A stretch of DNA of 64,000 nt from Candidatus Multivorans sp. (GTDB lineage Bacteria; Acidobacteriota; Thermoanaerobaculia; Multivoradales; Multivoraceae). The notes under the pieces are model-generated. The model was not told the DNA's origin and made no database searches. It saw only the letters and a program-made list of their open reading frames with translations. A program made the translations under genes and the position numbers. Positions 57,886-64,000 of the stretch are shown one piece after another. The DNA lies in NCBI GenBank assembly GCA_965224025.1, contig OZ245033.1, forward strand, positions 3,680,001 through 3,744,000, in the 5' to 3' direction. Numbering within the stretch: position 1 is the stretch's first letter; each line of letters starts with the position of its first letter.

Positions 57886-59101
57886 GAAACTCGCGCTTCA
57901 CTGGCAGGTACTGATCGGAATGGCGGCGGGGCTGTGCTTCGCCCTGGTCTTCGGCGATGTGACCTGGATCACCTGGGTGGCGGATCTCTTCATGCGTCTG
58001 CTCCGGATGGTCATCGTGCCCCTGATCTTCACCTCGATCGTCCATGGCGTGTCCGGCATCGGCGACGGCAGGTCGATCGGCCGCCTGGGCGGCAAGACCC
58101 TCCTCTGGTACGCGCTAAGCAGTTTCATGGCGATCCTGGTCGGCCTGATGCTGGCCAACAGCATACGTCCCGGCAGGGGTCTCGTCATGCCCGAAGGCGT
58201 GGACCGCCTGACACCGGACGACCTGCAGACCCCGGGCTCGATGGCGGACATCATCCAGCGCCTGGTCCCGGACAACCCGGTCGGCGCCGCGGCCGCCGGC
58301 GACATCCTCGGGCTCATCTTCTTCTCGATCGTGCTCGGCGCCGCAATCGGCGTGATGCGCGGCGCAACGGGCGACCTGCTCCGGCAGGGCTTCAGCGCCG
58401 GCTTCGAGGCGATGATGAAGGTGACCACCTGGGTCATCCGTCTGCTGCCGATCGGCGTCTTCGCCCTTCTCGCCCGCGCCGTCAGCCAGATGGGCCTCGA
58501 CGTGTTCCAGCAGGTCGGCAAGTACATGTTCACGATTGCGGCCGGGCTCACGCTTCACCTGTTCGTCGTCCTGCCGCTGCTGTTCAGCCTGCTGACGCGC
58601 AAGAACCCGGTCCACCACTACCGGGCGATGGCTTCCGCCATGGCGATGGCGTTCTCGACCAGTTCTTCGGCGGCCACCCTGCCGATGACGATGAAGTGCC
58701 TGCGGGAAAAAGTCGGCGCCTCGAACCGGGTGACCAGCTTCGTCACGCCCATGGGCGCCACGGTCAACATGGACGGCACGGCGCTGTTCGAGTGCGTCGG
58801 CGCTCTGTTCATCGCCCAGGCGCTGGGGGTCGAACTCTCGTTCTACACCCAGTTGGTCGTCGTGCTGACCGCGCTCCTCGCCTCGGTCGGCGCCGCCGCG
58901 ATTCCTTCGGCAGGCCTGGTGATGATCTTCATCGTGCTCGAAGCGATCGACCTGAACACGCCCGAGGCCTACGCCCTGGCCGGCCTGATGCTCTCGGTCG
59001 ACCGTCCGCTCGACATGTTCCGGACGATGGTCAACATCACCTCCGACTCGGTCGGCGCCGCAGTGATCGCGAAGTCCGAAGGCGAGGAGCTGAAATACTG
59101 A
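57884..59101 (+). CDS. Dicarboxylate/amino acid:cation symporter (DAACS, GltP-like)
   Basis: LHWQVLIG, FMRLLRMVIVPL, FSTSSSAATLP, GATVNMDGT, DRPLDMFRTMVN. Confidence 0.93.
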   Translation: MKLALHWQVLIGMAAGLCFALVFGDVTWITWVADLFMRLLRMVIVPLIFTSIVHGVSGIGDGRSIGRLGGKTLLWYALSSFMAILVGLMLANSIRPGRGLVMPEGVDRLTPDDLQTPGSMADIIQRLVPDNPVGAAAAGDILGLIFFSIVLGAAIGVMRGATGDLLRQGFSAGFEAMMKVTTWVIRLLPIGVFALLARAVSQMGLDVFQQVGKYMFTIAAGLTLHLFVVLPLLFSLLTRKNPVHHYRAMASAMAMAFSTSSSAATLPMTMKCLREKVGASNRVTSFVTPMGATVNMDGTALFECVGALFIAQALGVELSFYTQLVVVLTALLASVGAAAIPSAGLVMIFIVLEAIDLNTPEAYALAGLMLSVDRPLDMFRTMVNITSDSVGAAVIAKSEGEELKY

Positions 59102-59140
59102 GGTGACGGAGACCGCCGCCGACCCCGGCGAGGCGTAGCG

Positions 59141-59238
59141 CGGATGCGGGCAGGATGCCCGCCTGCCATCCGTGCGCCCGATGACGGGCGCACGGAGTGG
59201 TTCGCGCGTGGCGCGGGCGCGCCACACGGGTTCCCAGG
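59141..59238 (+). repeat. Family A composite REP-like element, copy 5
   Basis: Full unit between convergent genes; ends GGGTTCCCAGG. Confidence 0.85.
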
Positions 59239-59260
59239 TCAGGTCGTAGTGCGGCGTAGC

Positions 59261-60097
59261 TCAGGCACGCAACGTGGCGTAGCGGTCGAGCCGCGGCAAG
59301 GCCGTATCCCGGCCCTCCGGCGGCAGCGGCAGGATGACGCGGTCGACGCCGAGTTCGGCATAGGCGTCGAGCACGTCCTGCTGCGGCGGCGCGCCGAAGA
59401 CGCTGACCTGGATCGACTCGACGGCGCGGACGGCCCGCTCGGCGCGCCGCTTCAGGTCCTTGATGCCCGCCAGCACGGCCTCCGTCGAACGGCCGATCGG
59501 CAGCCATCCGTCGCAGAGATCGACCACCCGCTGGCGCGTGTGGCCGGTGCCTCCGCCGAGCACGATCGGCGGATGGGGCTTCTGCTCCGGCTTCGGCCAC
59601 GACCAGATCGGCTCGAAGTCGACGTGGCGGCCGTGGAACTCCGCCTCGTCCTCGGTCCAGATCGTCTTGAACGCGGCCACCTGCTCCTCCAGCCTGGCGA
59701 AGCGGGTCGTGTAGTCCGTGCCGTGGTGCTCCATCTCCTCCCGGTTCCAGCCGCCGCCGATGCCGAATACGAAGCGGCCGCCCGACAGCACGTCGAGACT
59801 CGCCACCGCCTTCGCCGTGGTGATGGTGTCGCGCTCGATGATCAGGCAGATGCCGGTGCCGAGCCTGATCGTGTTCGTGCTCATCGCGGCCGCGGTGAGC
59901 GCGACGAACGGATCGTGCGATCGGGAGTACTCCGGCGGCAGCTCGCCGCCGCCCGGGAAGGGCGTGCGCCGCGAGGTGGGAATGTGGGTGTGCTCGGGAA
60001 ACCAAAGAGACTCGAAACCGCGTGCCTCGACTTCCGTGCCGAGTTCGTCCGGTCGAATCGCGTCGCCGGTGGGAAACATGAAGATGCCGATGTCCAT
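59261..60097 (-). CDS. LLM-class oxidoreductase (predicted F420-dependent, Rv2161c-like)
   Basis: GFESLWFPEHTHIP, DPFVAL, LGTGICL..ERD, LSGGRF.FGIGGGWNREEM.HHG, PKP.QKPHPP. Confidence 0.9.
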   Translation of the reverse strand: MDIGIFMFPTGDAIRPDELGTEVEARGFESLWFPEHTHIPTSRRTPFPGGGELPPEYSRSHDPFVALTAAAMSTNTIRLGTGICLIIERDTITTAKAVASLDVLSGGRFVFGIGGGWNREEMEHHGTDYTTRFARLEEQVAAFKTIWTEDEAEFHGRHVDFEPIWSWPKPEQKPHPPIVLGGGTGHTRQRVVDLCDGWLPIGRSTEAVLAGIKDLKRRAERAVRAVESIQVSVFGAPPQQDVLDAYAELGVDRVILPLPPEGRDTALPRLDRYATLRA

Positions 60098-60149
60098 GGC
60101 GGCGGATTGTAGCGGCAGGTCGCCGGCCGCGCGCGGCCCGGCCCCGGGC

Positions 60150-60431
60150 GGCGTCATCCACCGCCCCCACGCCTCGACCTGGATCCGTTCACGGCCGGCC
60201 AGCGCGCGCAGATCGGCCTGCGTACCCTGCGCGATCAGGGTGCCTTCGTGGAGGACGAGGATCGAATCGCAGGTCTCGTGGAACCTCCCGAAGATGGTGC
60301 GATGACGTGAACACCGTCCGCTCGCCGGCGAGCGACCGCACGAGCTCCCGCATGCCAACGATCTCGGCCAGGTCGAGCGACGACGCCGGCTCGTCCAGCA
60401 GTACGACCTCAGGCTCGTGCAGGACGCTCAT
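60150..60431 (-). pseudogene. C-terminal fragment of an ABC transporter ATP-binding protein (frameshifted)
   Basis: Walker B VVLLDEP, H-loop SSHHL, then CDSILVLHEG in another frame. Walker A is absent and the fragment is cut by the IS remnant. Confidence 0.75.
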
Positions 60432-61128
60432 GGCCCCGGCCGGTCTTTGAGGGCGGCGATGGTCACGCCGGTCTGAGGTACTGCTCGACTTCGGGCAGGG
60501 ACCTGAGCTTCTCGAACGGAGTCATCACATCTCGGTGGCGGTAGCGTTTCCCGTGCCCCTTTTGTCGGTGACTTCGGTCGAGAACAGGCAGGGGCGGTGG
60601 AAGTTGAGGAAGGGCGAGAGCGTGTCGCGGGCGAAGACGTTGACTTCGCGGGCGAAGGGCTTGGGGATACGAGGCAACGCTGCGAGATGCCGCGCACCGT
60701 CGCCACATGCTCCCACTGCGTCACCTCGTCCACAAGGTTGACGTGGTACACGCCCTTACAGCCGTCCCGGTCCCCCTGGTGCACCGTGTCGACGGGCAGG
60801 AAGCCCGGCCGACCCTTCGGCTTGGGCTTGTGGCGCTCGCCGAGCGAAACCGCAGTGGCCGAGTCTCCTTGAACGTGGTGCGGCAGCGCCGGTAGGTCAT
60901 GGACTTGCGCAGGTTGTAGAACTGGCCGTTGGAGACCCCGGCCAGACGCTCGAAGCGCTCGTCGCCGTAGTCCTCGTGCATCCGCCGCATCACGGCGCAC
61001 GTGGCGTGCCCGCACAGTTGGCCCAGCGCCTCGTTGCCCGACAGGAAACTGCGAATCTCGCCAAGGTCTGAAGTCGGCGTGTCTGGAGCGTCACGATCAT
61101 CCTCCGATGATCCCTGAACCTCAACCAC
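60428..61128 (-). mobile_element. Degraded IS-type DDE integrase/transposase remnant
   Basis: Fragments in several frames: ERFERLAGVSNGQFYNLRKS, GRPGFLPVDTVHQGD..G.KGVYHVNLVDEVTQWE, LNFHRPCLF, VMTPFEKLRSLP. IS family not assigned. Confidence 0.8.
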
Positions 61129-61233
61129 TCACGCTCACCTCTCGTTGGATTGACGCCACACGCTCACGCTCACTTCTCGTTGGACAGCGCTTCCAGTAGG
61201 CCGCCCCAATCGCCACGGGTAGACTCGCGCACC

Positions 61234-62427
61234 GTGACGACCGCCCTCACCTTCGGCCCCATCCGGACCCCCGCCGAGTTGGAAGCACAGGCCCACCACG
61301 AGGCCCTGGCCTTCAACACGCCCCATGACTCCTGTGTCGTCTGGCTGCGCTCCACCCGTGACCACGTGCGTGTCGTGCGCGCCGGCGACGAGGTCATCGG
61401 GGGGCTGGTCCAGTACGACATGGGGCAGTTCTTCGGCGGCAGGTCCGTTCGCAACATCGGCATCGCCGGCGTGGCCATCAGTCCCACGGCCCGAGGCCGC
61501 GGCGCCGCGAAGTCGCTCATGGCGGCAACTCTGAACGAACTGCACGACGCCGGCGTGGCGGTCTCGACCCTCTACCCCACGACCTTCACGCTCTACCGAC
61601 GCGCCGGCTACGCCGTCGCCGGCCATCGCTACCAGTACAGGTTGCCGCTCGCCAAGCTGGGCCGGATTGCGGCGGCCAGGGAGATCCGTCGTCTCGACCC
61701 CAAGCGCGACGCGGAGGCGCTCAAGCGTCTCTACCGCCGCCTGGCCTCGAACCGCCCCGGCTGGCTGGACCGCAATGAACACATCTGGGAACGGGTCCAC
61801 AACCACCCCGCCGGCCGCGATGTCCATGGCTACGCAGTCCCGGGCGATGACGGAATCGACGGCTACGTCGTCTACACCCAGGGTGAGGTGGCGCGCTATC
61901 CCTACGGCCTCCAGATCCGGGATGTCCAGGCCGCGAACCGCGAGGCGGCGCGCCGCATTCTGGCCTTTTTCTCCGACTGCCGCACGCTGGCGCGGCACGC
62001 GACCTGGTACGGCGCCCTGGACGATTCCCTGCTGCTCGAGGTGCCCGAAGTGGGCACGGAGATCTCGGTCGCCGAAACCTGGATGCTGCGCATCGTGGAC
62101 ATCGCCGCCGCGTTCACCGAGCGCGGGTATCCGCGGGACACGAGTGCCCGCCTCGAACTCGACGTGACCGACAACGTGGTCGCCCGCAACGAGGGACGCT
62201 GGATCATCGAGATCGAGGGCGGCAACGCCGACGTCAACCGTGCCGCCGGCGGGACCGGGCCCGACGTGCTGCAATTGGACATCCGCGCCCTCGCCTCTCT
62301 CTACACCGGACACCTCAGCGCCCGGCGCCTCGCCGACCTCGGTTCCGTGCAAGGATCAGCGGTCGCGCTGGACCGGGCCGAGCGGGTCTTTGCCGGTCCA
62401 CCGCCGGCCATGCCGGACTACTTCTAG
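61234..62427 (+). CDS. Eis-like GNAT acetyltransferase with C-terminal SCP2-like domain
   Basis: QFFGGRSV...IAGVAISPTARGRG, STLYP....LYRRAGY, WMLRIVD, LASLYTG, PAMPDYF C-terminus. Confidence 0.9.
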   Translation: MTTALTFGPIRTPAELEAQAHHEALAFNTPHDSCVVWLRSTRDHVRVVRAGDEVIGGLVQYDMGQFFGGRSVRNIGIAGVAISPTARGRGAAKSLMAATLNELHDAGVAVSTLYPTTFTLYRRAGYAVAGHRYQYRLPLAKLGRIAAAREIRRLDPKRDAEALKRLYRRLASNRPGWLDRNEHIWERVHNHPAGRDVHGYAVPGDDGIDGYVVYTQGEVARYPYGLQIRDVQAANREAARRILAFFSDCRTLARHATWYGALDDSLLLEVPEVGTEISVAETWMLRIVDIAAAFTERGYPRDTSARLELDVTDNVVARNEGRWIIEIEGGNADVNRAAGGTGPDVLQLDIRALASLYTGHLSARRLADLGSVQGSAVALDRAERVFAGPPPAMPDYF

Positions 62428-62444
62428 GACGGAGACTCTCCAAC

Positions 62445-63389
62445 ATGGAACGAAGACGGAACTTCACGCGCATTGCACTCGTCCTCACCGCCGTGATGAC
62501 CCTCGCGGGCAACGCCCTGGCCCAGGACGCCCCGCCCGCGGAGACGCGCCTCGACACCGCCGAGATCGAGCCCTTTCTCGGCGAGTGGGTGCTGGAAGCA
62601 TTCACGGCTCAGGGCTCCCTGAACAGCCTGATCACCTTCACCGACGACAACGGCAAGGCCACCGCCGACTTCTACCTGGACCGGCTCGCCGACTTGACGA
62701 TCGAGAACATCAGCCTCACCGAAACCGGTGTCCTGCTGCTCTTCAACCTGGAGATCGGGGCTCAGGTGATCCCGGTCGAACTCGGGCTCGCCCGTGAAGG
62801 CGACGGGCTCGTGGGCGACCTGAGCGCCGCGTTCTTCGAGGCGGTCATCAAGGGCAGGACGAAGGAAGCGGCGGAGGCCGCCGGAATCATCGTTCGCAGG
62901 CACCCGGTCGGCGAGCGCGAGGACCTGTCCTCCTCGAGGATCGAGATCGCCGGCCAAGCGATCCGGCTGCGCTTCGACCGGCTGCCCGCGCCCGGGCCCG
63001 ACTACGACCGGATCGAGACCCTGACCGACGGCGCGGTGCTGGACCCGATCCACGGCAAGCCGTTCAAGTTCTGGACCGACGCCGACCTCGCCTTCGAGAA
63101 CGCGAAGATCGAGGCCCACAACCACGGCCCGACCTATCCCGGCGTCTACAGCCTGTGGCTCAAGCGCGAGAGCGACGGTTGGAAGCTGGTCTTCAACCAC
63201 CTCGCCGACGTCTGGGGCACGATGCACATGGCCGACCACGACGCGGGCGAGACCCCGCTCACCTTCCGTACCCTCGCCGAACCGGTGGAGCAGGCCGAGG
63301 GCGTGCTGGAAGTGGACGAGAACGGCGGGACGCTGGTGATCCGCTGGGGCTCGATGGAGTGGTCGACGCCCTTCCAGCTCGCCGAGTAG
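62445..63389 (+). CDS. Secreted protein with C-terminal DUF2911-like domain
   Basis: Signal peptide (ALA/Q). PGVYSLW....GWKLVFN....WGT.H and LVIRWG motifs. Confidence 0.65.
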   Translation: MERRRNFTRIALVLTAVMTLAGNALAQDAPPAETRLDTAEIEPFLGEWVLEAFTAQGSLNSLITFTDDNGKATADFYLDRLADLTIENISLTETGVLLLFNLEIGAQVIPVELGLAREGDGLVGDLSAAFFEAVIKGRTKEAAEAAGIIVRRHPVGEREDLSSSRIEIAGQAIRLRFDRLPAPGPDYDRIETLTDGAVLDPIHGKPFKFWTDADLAFENAKIEAHNHGPTYPGVYSLWLKRESDGWKLVFNHLADVWGTMHMADHDAGETPLTFRTLAEPVEQAEGVLEVDENGGTLVIRWGSMEWSTPFQLAE

Positions 63390-63391
63390 GA

Positions 63392-63463
63392 CCTGGGAAC
63401 CCGGGCGGCGCGATCCGCGCCACCGGTGAACCACTGCGCCCGTCATCGGGCGCACGGATGGCA
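63392..63463 (-). repeat. Family A composite REP-like element, copy 6 (partial)
   Basis: CCTGGGAACCCGGGCGGCGCGATCCGCGCC...GCGCCCGTCATCGGGCGCACGGATGGCA, between convergent genes. Confidence 0.8.
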
Positions 63464-63475
63464 CGGAGCCGCCGG

Positions 63476-64000
63476 TCAGAGTTCGGCCGCGATCGGCGAG
63501 CCATCGTTCAGACTGTCGCTCGGATAGACGACGACCTGTTGGCCCGGGGCCAGGCCGGACAGCACCTGAGCCTCCTGCGGGTTGCGCTCGCCAACCTCAA
63601 TCGGCGTGAGCGCCGCCTTGCCGTTCTCGACCACGAACACCGCCCAGTCGTTGCCGCGCCGGAACAGGGAGCCGGTCGGAGTCTTCAGCTCGTCCTCGCT
63701 CTCCCAGACGACGACCCGGGTCTCGACGCGGAACCCATCGCCGAGACCGGTCCAGATTCTCGGCGGATCGGTGATGTCCATCACCACGTTGACGCGTTGC
63801 TCCTCGACCCCAAGCGCTGAGATCTTGGTGAAGCCCGAGGGCTCCACGCGTCTCACACGTCCCTGCAGCGGACGGTCGCCGCCCCAGCGATCGATGAGGA
63901 CCTGCTGGCCCGGCCGGATCCGCACCGCGTCCTTCGACAGGTAGTCGGTGACCACCTCGATCTGTTCCGGGTTGCCGACATCGAGCAGCGCTTCGCCGGC
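63476..64000 (-). CDS. Efflux transporter periplasmic adaptor (HlyD/MFP family), 3' part only
   Basis: LSKDAVRI.PG, WGG..PL.GRVRRVEPSGFTKISALGVEEQRVNV, LGDGFRV, SGL..G..VVVYP. Runs off the window edge. Confidence 0.88.
   Translation of the reverse strand, partial: AGEALLDVGNPEQIEVVTDYLSKDAVRIRPGQQVLIDRWGGDRPLQGRVRRVEPSGFTKISALGVEEQRVNVVMDITDPPRIWTGLGDGFRVETRVVVWESEDELKTPTGSLFRRGNDWAVFVVENGKAALTPIEVGERNPQEAQVLSGLAPGQQVVVYPSDSLNDGSPIAAEL

Noticed and set aside
33152-59106. Long alternative-frame ORFs (e.g. 33152-35458 minus, 44024-46093 plus, 56551-59106 plus)
   Set aside because: Typical high-GC shadow frames overlapping well-supported genes; Arg/Gly/Pro-rich or antisense-patterned with no family motifs.
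4367-63463. CRISPR array interpretation of the palindromic repeats
   Set aside because: Copies are dispersed singly in both orientations, with no regular repeat-spacer periodicity and no cas genes.

Overview
High-GC bacterial chromosomal window. The gene content (CarboxypepD_reg-led TonB-dependent receptors, Acidobacteria-type VWA proteins, CRTAC1/ASPIC-UnbV + TPR pairs, PSCyt/DUF1501) suggests Acidobacteriota, which is an inference. About 36 intact or edge-truncated CDSs and about 9 pseudogene or fragment loci are supported. No rRNA, tRNA or CRISPR array was recognised. The centrepiece (4.5-32 kb) is a cell-surface locus. Two tandem ~1200-aa TonB-dependent receptor (TBDR) paralogs have conserved scaffolds, and most of their variable loops are bounded by a Cys pair, with pairs gained and lost together. 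A third, 5'-truncated TBDR 3'-end cassette carries a new Cys-pair loop and looks like a mosaic of the other two. CRTAC1/TPR operons flank the locus on both sides. An accessory tract inside it holds an extremely acidic secreted protein, a carboxypeptidase-regulatory-repeat protein with a probable homopolymer frameshift, a lone phage-type M15 endolysin between two DUF1640-like direct repeats, vapBC and an AAA/DUF4143 ATPase. The right half is mostly housekeeping and metabolic genes (purU, serC, PQQ dehydrogenase, M20 peptidase, esterase, Mo-oxidoreductase, GDPD, DAACS transporter, LLM, Eis-like GNAT). It is interrupted by two decayed islets: RecQ-PRTase/DprA plus an orphan antitoxin, and an IS plus ABC fragment. 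At least four families of dispersed palindromic repeats occur, one inserted in-frame inside the Mo-oxidoreductase gene. All family assignments are from motif recognition by eye; no database searches were run.
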